A stretch of 64,000 nt of DNA from Raja brachyura (taxonomy: Eukaryota): the NCBI GenBank assembly GCA_963514005.1, contig OY740813.1:10602001-10666000 (forward strand), in the 5' to 3' direction. The notes under the pieces are model-generated. The model was not told the origin of the DNA. It worked only from the letters and a program-made list of their open reading frames with translations, and searched no databases. The position numbers were made by a program, and so were the translations under genes. Shown in pieces: positions 53,464-64,000 of this stretch (within the stretch, counting starts at the first letter, position 1; each line of letters starts with the position of its first letter).

Positions 53464-54460
53464 GAGTGGTATATATGATTTCGGAATGTGGAAGCCATAC
53501 AAAATATATATTTTTTAATGATGATGCAAGGTGAGACAGTTGTATAGAACCAGATCTTTCAGTCTAACTGTATATAATGTTTATACCCATCATAAATATA
53601 CTCCCACTAAAATTGTATCTTCTGGTTTTATACCCATATTTACACATTCTCTACTTCTCACATTTACATTACATTTTCTCCTATGAACTAAAATATAGTA
53701 TATCTGATCTCTTTGGATAGCATGCAAAACAATGCTTTTCACTGTACATGGTACACATGACAATAATAAAACTAAACCGTTATCTGCTACAACTAACCCA
53801 TGTGATTGCAAATTCCACATTATCATTGCTTTGCACTAAATCCTCTTCAGTTCTTTACGTCATTTGATGACTAGCTTACATCACGATTCTGCTTGTTCTG
53901 GACTTATCTAGAAGTGGAAATCATTCACATCTATCCTGTCAAATGCCATAATGAAAAAAATTCGTAAAAGGTATTTTTGTAATCTTCTAACTCCAACTGA
54001 AAGAAAACCTCAGTCTGCTCCATCTATTCTGATGGTCACATTGATTACTTCCCATTTCTTTATAAATACCTGCTATGCTTTGTTCAATGCCAAGATGTTA
54101 AAAGGCAACTAAAAAGAGTAAATACAAAAAAAGGATAGCCAGAGTGCGAGAAGAAGATAGATGCAGATCTGTTGTCAATTTAAAATTACACAATGTGGAC
54201 CATGATACCCGAAAGAGAGGTTACTGTTAGGAAGTAGGAAAATGAGTGTATCGTTTTTATTTGCAACCCTGTGTTTTTCTTGACGGCACTGTACTACAAG
54301 CTCTCCGGTAGCTTGTCCAAATAGCTCTTCCTCATTCTTGAGTTGCAATCATGTTAGTATGCTGAAGATCACGTCAGCCATTGGAAAGCTTCTTCAGCCT
54401 AAATGGACAATGACAGATAGTCACTGATAAGCAGTCGGTTATGCAAACCAATTAACGTGT

Positions 54461-54700
54461 CGGAAGAAACTGCAGATGCTGGTTTAAACCGAAGATTGAT
54501 ACAAAAAACTGGAGTAACTCAGCAGGACAGACAGCATCTCTGGAGAGAGGAAATGGGTGACGTTTCGGGTCGAGACCCTTCTTCAGACTGAAAGTCACGG
54601 AAAAGGGAAACAAGAGATATAGACGATGATGAGAGAGATATAGAACAATGAATGAAAGATATGCAAAAAAGTAACGATGATAAAGGAAACAGGCCATTAG
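54461..54700 (-). mobile_element. Penelope-type repeat, long form, with intact hammerhead core at 54559-54586
   Basis: The - strand reads cagt-ctgaaga-a-gggtctcgaccc-gaaacgtc-accc. The upstream part matches 46885-46965. Confidence 0.85.
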
Positions 54701-54717
54701 ATGCTTGTTACTACTTA

Positions 54718-55304
54718 AGGGCCTGTCCCACCAGCATGCAACTCGATGCGATTAGCGCGACCTAACGTGGTCGCTTGAGCCGTCCGGCGTCGCGGGGCCG
54801 GTCCCACTTCGATCGCGGGAGCCGTGCGGAATTGTGCGGAGTTCGTCCCGAGTTCGTCCCGATGCCGCGCGGGGCTCCGAAAAACCGACAATGTCCAAAA
54901 ATCCCGCGCGGCAACGGTTTGTCGGCTCGCAGTCGCCGCGACATTTACATACCGCCCGGACATCGTGCCTCCGTGAAACTATTCGTAAGTGCCTCCGTGA
55001 CCCTCTATGTGTGTGGCTCCGTGGCCCTGTATGTGTGTGTGTCTCGGTGCCCCTCTCTGTGTGCCCCTCTAAGTCCTGCGAACTTACCTTGGACTTGCTT
55101 CAAGTTCGCCTCGCTTTGCGCCGCGTTGCGCCACTCACCCAACCTCCGCGCGGCCCCTACTGCCGGTTTAGTTGCGCTTGCCGCATACAGGCGCATGCTG
55201 GTGGGACCGGACCTGTACAGGAGATCACCCGACCTCCGCGCGGCCCCCGCTGCCGGTTTGATCGCGTTCATCGCATATAGTTGCGTGCTGGTGGGACAGG
55301 CCCT
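54718..55304. mobile_element. PIF/Harbinger MITE (GC-rich)
   Basis: TIRs agggcctgtcccaccagca(t/c)gcaact. TSD TTA at 54715-54717 and 55305-55307. Confidence 0.9.
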
Positions 55305-56629
55305 TTACTCTAGATAAAATTGAATCATAGCACAGGGAAGGCAGAGAACATAAGATATTTTCCATATGTAGAAGTCTTGTGAGTGGTGGAATACTTCACT
55401 GAGTATTTGGACAAGATATATTATTTGATGGCTGGATGGAAAGGGATCCTTTGTGGTTTTTTGGCAGATAACATAAAAAAGACATGGCATTCATGCATAA
55501 TGGGTTTTTCCTGGAGAAAGGGCAAGATTTCAAACGTATTCCTGCAGATCAAATAGCTAGCCTGCAAGATTGAAGTGAAGTGTACTTGACAATATTGATT
55601 TTACTCATGATTATTATACTAACAAAGTAACTTTGCCCTTCATATTTTTCAGCTACACCTACTTTCCATTGTTTCCAAATCAACATTAAACAATTTGATA
55701 ACAGATCATTATTGTTGTATTAACGACCATTATCAGAAGGGTATCACAGTATGATGCAGGTGAATGTTATTTTCATCTTGTCGCAATAACCTTTTGAAAG
55801 CAATCCTACAGAAACAGTTGTAGCAGATTTTTTCAATATCGGATATAGTTGAAAATACGAAAATGTAATTTTCAAAAATAGGACCAAAAATGTCATACAA
55901 AATATGAGACAGAGATCCCAATCATTAAAAGTATCTATCAATTCTTAAAAGGGTTAAAAGAACAATCATAATTTGCTTTAGACCTGGAACCATTGGTTGG
56001 GTGCTAATGTTCAGTTGGATTCAGTCTTTTGGAAATAGTCACAGCTAAATCTCACCCATTTACGCAAAGAGGAAATACATTACTTTCTGAATGTGACTTT
56101 CGGAAAATCAGATTTCTCCCAAAAGTAAATGTTATTTCAGCAGGTAATTATCCAAGCACAATTATAATTCCAAGCATTTTTTTGTTACAGAGCTTCTAAC
56201 TTTATGAATCAAACAGAACATTTTGGAAATAATAACGATCTAGCCAAGTTTTCAAAATGACAGGGGCAGCTAAAAATTTAAATGAGGAGACACCCAGAAA
56301 TACAGAACTCCAACATCATAGAGCAAGCTATCACAGCCTGTCTAAACAAAGGAATAGCTTGCAATAAATAGAGTTAATATTCCAGGTGAATGTTGTTTTA
56401 CTAGTACTAGACAAACAGTCAATGTGAAATATTCGCCCATTTCCACAGGCGCTGACTTACTTGCTGGTTATTTCCAGCATTTCTTGTCTTATTTTAATTT
56501 TCCAGCACTTGCAGTTTTTGATTACAATGTACAATACATAATGAACATCTATTTCTCACCAGCCACTTTTCACAAAACTAAGTATTTATACATTCCCAAA
56601 CTAATCCAGCATAATCTGCAGCTCAGACA

Positions 56630-57800
56630 ACATTGGTTTGTTATCATTACGTGTGCCGAGATACAATGGAAGACTTTGTTTTGCCTACTCTCCAGGCAAA
56701 TTATACTAGACAGGAGTACATTGGGCAGTGCAAGAGAAAGGGAATAGAGTGCAGAATATAGTATTTCAACTACAGAGAAAGCACTGTTTAAAATAAAAGT
56801 GCAAAGGCCACAATGAGGTACATTGGGAGACTGGGAGTACATCCTTAGCAAATGAGAGTCCGATCATAGTGGGGAAGAAGCTGTTCCAGTCATTGAGTCA
56901 TACAGCATGAAAATAGGTCCTTTGGCCCAACTTTCCAAGCAAGATGCCCCATCTGCACTAGTCCCACCTGCCCGCATTTGGCCCCTCTAAACATGTCCTA
57001 TCCATGTATGTGTCCATGTACCCATCCTAGGATCTGGTGGTACCCACCTTCAAGATTTTGCATCTTCTGTCCACAGGAGATTGAAGAGAGAATATCCTCC
57101 CTTGACCCTTGAATGCACTGCTTTCCAAAGGCAGTATGAAGTGAAGTGTATGGGGATGAGGGGCGGGGGAGCCTGGTTTGCACCATATACTGGGAAGCGT
57201 TCATAACACTCTGCAATATGTTGTAGTATTGGGCGGAGCAGTTGCATACCACATTGCCATGCATCTGAATTTCTATGGTGTATCTGGTAGAAATTGCTAA
57301 GAGTAATTGAAGAGATGCTGAATTTCCTTCACCTTCTGAGGAAGGAGAGAATTTGATGTGCTTTCTTTGCCGTTTCGTCAATGTGGTTGGACTGGGACAA
57401 ATTGGTGTTGATATTTATACTTCAGGTATTTGAAGCTTTCGACCATCTCAATTACAGCACCATTGCAATAAACTGGAGGGAAGTACTCCATCTCACTTCC
57501 TGAGGTCAATAACCATCTCCTTTGTTTTGCTGACATTGAGGAAGAGGTGGATGTTTTGACACCATGTCATTTAGCTCTCTATCTCCTTCATGTAGTTTCG
57601 TCACTGTTTGAGATCCAGCCCACTTCTGTGGTGTCAGCTGCAAACTTGTAATGCAGTAAGACCAGAATGTTGCCACACATCGCAAGTATATGGGGAGTAT
57701 AGCAAGGGAATGAGCACCCACCCTAGCTGGGCATCAGTGTTGAGAATTATCTTGGTATACGTTTTATCACCTATCCTTAATGCAGTCGAGGATGCAGAGC
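56630..57800 (-). mobile_element. Rex1/Babar-like LINE fragment with a CR1/SINE tail inserted at about 56890-57020
   Basis: The - strand reads ...LNTDAQLGWVL.PLLYS.YT.D... and KFAADTT (a KFADDTT derivative). Degraded. Confidence 0.7.
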
Positions 57801-57907
57801 GACAGTGACCTCTCTTGACATTGAAGCAGCATAGGATTGAATGTGGCATCAAGCAAGTCTGATATAATACTAAAATATACAGGAACTGAAAAGTTGATAG
57901 GATACAC

Positions 57908-58330
57908 AACATAGAAAATAGGTGCAGGAGGCCATTCAACCATTCGAGCCAGCACCGCCATTCATTGTGATCATGGCTGATCGTTCCCTATCAATAACCC
58001 GTGCCTGCCTTCTCCCCATATCCCTTGACTCCACTAGCCCCTAGATCTCTATCTAACTATCTCTTAAATCCATCCAGTGACTTGGCCTCCACTGCCCTCT
58101 GTGGCAGGGAATTCCATAAATTCACAACTCTCTGGGTGAAAACGTTTTTTCTCATCTCCGTCTTAAATGACCTCCCCTTTATTCTAAGACTGTGGCCCCT
58201 GGTTCTGGACTCGCCCAACATTGGGAAAATTTTTCCTGCATCGAGCTTGTCCAGTCTTTTTATAATTTTATATGTTTCTATAAGATCCCCCTCATCCTTC
58301 TAAACTCCAGTGAATACAAGCCTAGTCTTT
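57908..58330 (-). mobile_element. CR1 3' fragment
   Basis: acatagaaaataggtgcaggaggccattc... is collinear with 47979-48400. Confidence 0.9.
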
Positions 58331-59436
58331 AGCTTTAACATTTATTTAAAAAAACCTGCAGTTCCACTTTTCAGTGCTTAAGTCTAAAATCTCTTTCAGC
58401 ATTTATGGTAGAACAAAAATAAACGATATGGCTACTTGAAACATGGTAAATATTACCATCAAGAAATGAGTGAATCCTGTGAAAGGAAGCTCATCAACAC
58501 CTCCTCTGCTATTAACACACACATGTCAATCTTAGATGCTTAGCAAGTAAAGAGGAAAATGCATTTGCTCCAAGCCAACTTCACATTCAATAGTATGCAC
58601 AAGACACTAAGGGGCGATGCCAAATAAATACTTTTCTCCCATCCTAAAAAATAAGGTCAAGATAATGAACTGGAATATTCCAGTTTGGAAAGGTCAAAGC
58701 AGTATAAAGCAAGTTCCCACTGATTTCCATGCAGATTATCAGACTGGGAAGAAAGAATTTGCATTCATAACTATTCAAAGCCTTAGGATGTCAACACACT
58801 TTGCAGCTGACTAAATACGTTTGGAAGTATGGTTTAGGAAGCATGGTAGCCAATATAATAATGACCAGCTACTTTCAGTTTCGCTAATTTAAATTGCAAA
58901 TGTGAAGATTCCCCCTGCACTTAAGAAGCAGAAAAGGATCAGTGGCACCAGACTAGAAGGAGGTTTGATTTAATGTCACTTGCTTAAGAGTGCTGCAGCC
59001 CTTAAATGCTGCACTAGTGTAGCAATAAGAGTAATGGGGGTAATAGAGTGCTAATCAAGACCACCCAATTTTGAGTGTTTTATTTAATTAGTGGGAAACA
59101 AAAACATTTCATCTGGTCCAACAAGGTCAAAGATTTAAAATATCAGCAAAGGATTAGAGGGCAATTGTTGAGAACGTTTTTTATATGCAAAGATGTTAAA
59201 ATGTGGAGTGCGTGGACTAAACAAAAATCAGACTGATAGAAACCTCCCAAAAAGCAATTCAACATCTATTTAGAGGAATATGAAGAAAAGGCTGGGATAT
59301 GGGACTAAACTGGCAGCTCAGAACAGGCACAAGAGCCGTCAGCCAAATGGCCTCCTTCACTGGAATGTCATTCTACAAATGACATCAGAGAAGTAAACCA
59401 AGTCCAATCATTTTCTATTTCCTTATTTCCTATTAG

Positions 59437-59535
59437 CCTATTTCCTTCACTCCATAGATGCTGCCTCACCCGCTGAGTTTCTCCAGCATTTTTGTCTACC
59501 TTCGATTTTCCAGCATCTGCAGTTCCTTCTTAAAC
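59437..59535 (+). mobile_element. Penelope-type repeat fragment
   Basis: ctccatagatgctgcctcacccgctgagtttctccagcatttttgtctacc. Confidence 0.8.
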
Positions 59536-60404
59536 ACCAATCATTTTCAGCTGCTTCTTCAATTACTCCCCTTCATTAGGTCAGAAGTAGTGCAGTTCCA
59601 CACATATATCTTCAGAAAATTAAACAGAAACATTGATGACCTCAAAGGATCAATCAACCTCACACACCAAGAGTCCAAACGCATCCATTTCACAACATTA
59701 TGCCTATTGGCTAAAGAATAACTGGATCAACCAGCTCATTACAGTAAAGGTTATTGTCATATGCACGAGTAACAATTGCGGATAGATTAGAAGGGCCTAT
59801 CCTGATAATTAGATGCTGCTTACAGACCATATGTTATACCACAAGGATTAACCGAGTTAATTTATGAGGGTTGATAAATTTAGTTTATATTCAATCAGGT
59901 TTAGCTGGCTTAATGAAATATTGGGGCAACAGTAAAACAAATGCTGTATCAAGCTATGAATGGATTTAATGAATGGATAAAACAATGTTTTATTGTTGCC
60001 CCGATGTTTAGTTAATTCAATATCTACATTCCAGGTCGCTTAAGTTGCCCAATATTGGATCAAATTCTGACTGGCCAATATTTAAACGCATGCGATAGGA
60101 TTGAGATTTCTCCTCTCCAGCAAAATATCACACCGCCGACATCCCTGTTGGTTTTGCCAATAGCAATGTCCTCCTCTACAATCAGAGATTGAACCACATT
60201 ACACAGTTGTATTCTCCATTGCTAAATTAACAGATTATTAAATACGCATTAATCCGAACGTTTTGCTCAACGCCATAGGGGTCGGATTTTGAGAAATATT
60301 TTGTAACATTAACTTCAATTAATACATTAATATTTTTTATTCAGCATATCACTGAATACTCAAACAGCTCAAACATATGCAATGTAGAAAGTATTCCAAT
60401 AGGT

Positions 60405-60545
60405 CGACACAAAATGCTGGAGTTACTCAGCAGGACAGGCAGCATCTCTGGAGAGAAGGAATGGGTGACGTTTCGGATCGAGACCCATCTTCAGACTGAT
60501 CAGTCTTTGATTTAAACCAGCATCTGCAGTTCTTTCCTACACAGG
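60405..60545. mobile_element. Penelope-type repeat
   Basis: gacacaaaatgctggagttactcagcagg...gacgtttcggatcgagacccatcttcag...ccagcatctgcagttc. Confidence 0.8.
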
Positions 60546-63369
60546 TATTCTGACAGGTTGCATCGTGACCTACTACAGCAATTAACAAATATTACCCACT
60601 CCAAGAGATGATCTTGGTCGTCTGCACACTTGAAACATTTCAGACCACAGTGTTAAGTAAAGAATTCTAAGATTGTGATCAGCACATAAAGAATGTGATT
60701 ATATATCAAGTGGCGTGTGACTTGGAGGCAATGATGCTCCAGTATTATTATAGTTTTAAAAGTGGGGAGCTCTGTGATTTGTTACAGGAGAACTGAAAAA
60801 AACTGCTGTCATAGTGCAACAATTTAATATTACAAAAGATACATTTTAATAAGAAATGCCCCAGTGCTTTGCCAACAATTAGAAAAGCAGAAAGTAATGG
60901 AGCTGCTTCACACAGCATACAAAAACACAATGTTTGAAAAACGCCATTGTTACAACATCTCCAGAGAACGCATTCCGGAAATACCAAGAGGAAACTAGTC
61001 GGTATTGATTGCATTTAACTGGAGTGGATCTCTCACTGAAATGCATTACATTCTATTCAATTAAATCATAGATTGATGTGTGGAACAAAATCGATGACTT
61101 AATAGACTAAAACCAGATTTATCAATGTCAAATGCGGTTTAGCAATGGCCAATGGCCTAGATGAAAATTTAAATTTGGAAGGGCAGGAGGAGCAAGATAA
61201 CAAACTGAACCTGGCTGTACTCTTCCCAACTACTCGCAGATAGGGTTGGCGAAAGGAGAATTAAAAAGGAAATTTAAAATTTGTAATATCTGAGATATCC
61301 TGATCATTAAAGTAAACAAACTGTCATAATTCATCTGTAGCCCAATGCATCTACATGAGGGGATTCTGAGAACACTAATAAACAACATCATATTATCATT
61401 ACTACATTTGAACAGCATTGAAGTTGCCTTTTAAAATCAATCTAAAGAAAGACCTCTGATCTAAATAAGGCTATAAACTCAAAACATTTCCTTCAATTCT
61501 GCGCAAGTTTTGTGGAAATAGACTCAGGAAGAAGGTAAGTCAACACTGTACTGAAGGCGCAATTTATTGCAAATTCCTCTGCTTATAAACTTCCTTATCA
61601 AGATAAAACAACATAAAAACTATATATATTTATGTATTATTCTAAACAATTACTTACTTAGAAATACAATTCAAAAATGTTGCAATATAATACTGACATC
61701 CACTAAAGAGGAGACTGGACAAACAAAGTTAGTCTGCTCTAAGACATAGCACTCAGCTTTTACATAATTTGACAGTAACTTCTCTACTCTGTTGACAGTA
61801 CCAGACAACAGTACCAATATGGTTCCCTCCAAGTCTGATCCAGTGGCTGCGGGTCAATAAAATAGTGGCATCAGTTCAATTCCATTGCTTTGCATTGCAT
61901 TACACAGATGGAAGAGGAATTATTGGTGAGATTGGCTAGTGGGGTAGGAATGTACTGCTGAATTTGTACTTTTATTGGAAACTTACTGGTGACATTTGGT
62001 GAAAGGTATACTTGGCTTTATTCAAACTCTTAATTTTAAAGACAATGTACAATCGCTCACACCGTGCACAATATACAACTTTAAGACACACAACGATCAA
62101 TAACAGTTAGATTTGTACCTTCCCTTGTTTTTGTTTTACTCCTGGGCACAAGATCTCTCCTTGTGCACTTTGGGCTGTAGAGCTCTATGGTCCCAGGTTC
62201 AAGTGGTATGCATGGATTTAATACAGAGTTAAAACCCAGTTTCTAAGGAACATCTCCCTACCATTCCCTCTACTCGCCTCGTCCGAGACAGTACCACAAC
62301 AACAATCCAGGGTTGATCCATTTCGTTAATCGTCAGGCAATTACAATTGGACTACTGTCTATTAAGGCACCACCTCACCAATTGTGCAGCATCTCAGTAA
62401 TTGGTAGAGCTCATCATAGGCATAGGCATAGCATTGGTTCCTCCGACAGGTCAGATAAGGATCTCACTCTTCATGTGATCTCATGGCCAAGTGCAGACAT
62501 TTTGCCTTCTGGTTATCTCCAATTATCATAGTTAAAAACACACCCACCTATTGTCTTACTCTGGAGTATTTTCCTGTTATTGTAAATTAGTATGTCGCCT
62601 TATTGAGAGATTAAACAGGTCAGCAAAAGCTATGAAACCCATGCTTTGAAGGAAATGAGTTGATATTTTCATAAGCTGCTCTAGTCAAGCTACTGCTCAA
62701 GTGATTTTTTTAAAACCATGTTAATTACTAAATATCATAACTGTGACACAATTCCGTTGCATTTTAATGAGTCCACATAATATCTTTAATCTCTGATTAT
62801 AAAGCAAGTTCTGTAGATTTTTTGATTGGGAGAAAAAATGTTCCCAAAAGAGAATTGATTGTACGGCAAAGTGGGCAGATTCTACAGCTCAGGATAAATC
62901 AAAATAGCTTTTGCGGTTATAATCACATAACATCATGGTTGTGTACCATGTGACATTAGCGTTCAACTGAGAACTGCAGACATTACAACTAAAGGATTAA
63001 TTAGGCTGAACTTGAGCTCTTACACACAACAAAGTTACTGTATTGTAAAATGCGAGTTGAATAAGAATAAGATTAATATTGTCTGTGCAATGCTGTGGCA
63101 GTCTGGTGCCATGTTAAGATAGACACCTTTTTACATTCACTTTTCCACAATTCAAAAGCTGCTGTTGATTAACCATTGTTTCAGCTAAAATATCCAATAA
63201 TTTAGTGGAACAATCCGCCCCATTGAGAACTGATGGCCTAGTAAAGCTGAATTTGGAAAGCTACAGGACTGGCTTGCCAATAAACCTTTTGCTTGGATCA
63301 GCATTTGTCAGCCTGCTTAATCTGTAGTGCATTGCACTTAATCAAAATAAAATAAAAATTCAAACAATT

Positions 63370-63413
63370 ATAATCAAACACATTTCACAAACATAATCAA
63401 ACACATTTCACAA
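63370..63413. repeat. Perfect 21-bp tandem duplication (period 23)
   Basis: ataatcaaacacatttcacaa occurs at 63370 and 63393. Confidence 0.9.
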
Positions 63414-64000
63414 CTGTTGTGTCATTAAGGAAATAATTATAGAACAGTCTGTGCATTTACCTTTGACACAGGCCAAGAAATTATTTGTAACATGAGAAAT
63501 GGAAAATAATTTTGTACATGGGGAATTTAAAGCTTGAGCTATAAAATGTCCCAAATCAGTTGCCTTTTTAGAAATAAGACATAGATTTGCTCTGCTAACA
63601 TTGTAACATACTGTTTGATGCAACTTTTCTTCATCACTAAAGTAAAATGGTAATTATGCCACTCGATAATTGCTTCTCAAGTTAGTTTTATTAGACAAAA
63701 TGTTTTGGTACCACGCACCATCGAACTCAACATGAGCAGGCTTCAATAATAGCACATTTTATACAGGTAAAAAGATTGTCAATCACTTCTATGTGTGTTG
63801 TCATACACTTCAATGTGCATTTGACATAATCACACTCTCGGTGGCAAGGTATGGATTTTTACATATTTTTGCATTTTAAAGTAACAATTTTATGACGACC
63901 AAATTAATTTTCCTCCAGGGATGAATAAAGTTCTATCATATCGTATGTAATGCTCCACAGGCATGAGACGGCGAAAAAAACTGGAAAAAGAGGAAGAGAG

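Noticed and set aside
54715-55317. Overlapping 148-180 aa ORFs
   Set aside because: They lie within a GC-rich Harbinger MITE, are stop-poor by composition, and show no recognisable domain.

Overview
Eukaryotic, AT-rich, repeat-rich vertebrate DNA. The repeat complement (HE1-type V-SINEs, CR1 LINEs with a (TTTCTATG)n tail, abundant palindromic Penelope-type ends) suggests a cartilaginous fish such as a skate or ray; this is an inference. Two convergent intron-containing genes are present. On the + strand are the last three exons (1-2877) of a divergent mannose-6-phosphate-receptor/ATG27-like type I membrane protein. On the - strand are coding exons 2-11 of EEIG1/FAM102A (44476 down to 12701), all with canonical GT-AG junctions and a continuous frame of 1000 nt; exon 1 was not found and probably lies beyond the window. 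The introns hold CR1 and Rex-type LINE fragments, V-SINEs, a dead Tc1 transposon, two non-autonomous elements with 8-bp TSDs and two Harbinger MITEs. The most notable observations are: (1) a dispersed Penelope-type repeat family carrying a minimal hammerhead ribozyme motif, (2) a hAT-like element in EEIG1 intron 4 with promoter motifs and an in-frame alternative first exon candidate, and (3) the apparently lectin-dead M6PR/ATG27-like receptor. Most ORF-track entries are spurious. No prokaryote-type system is present.
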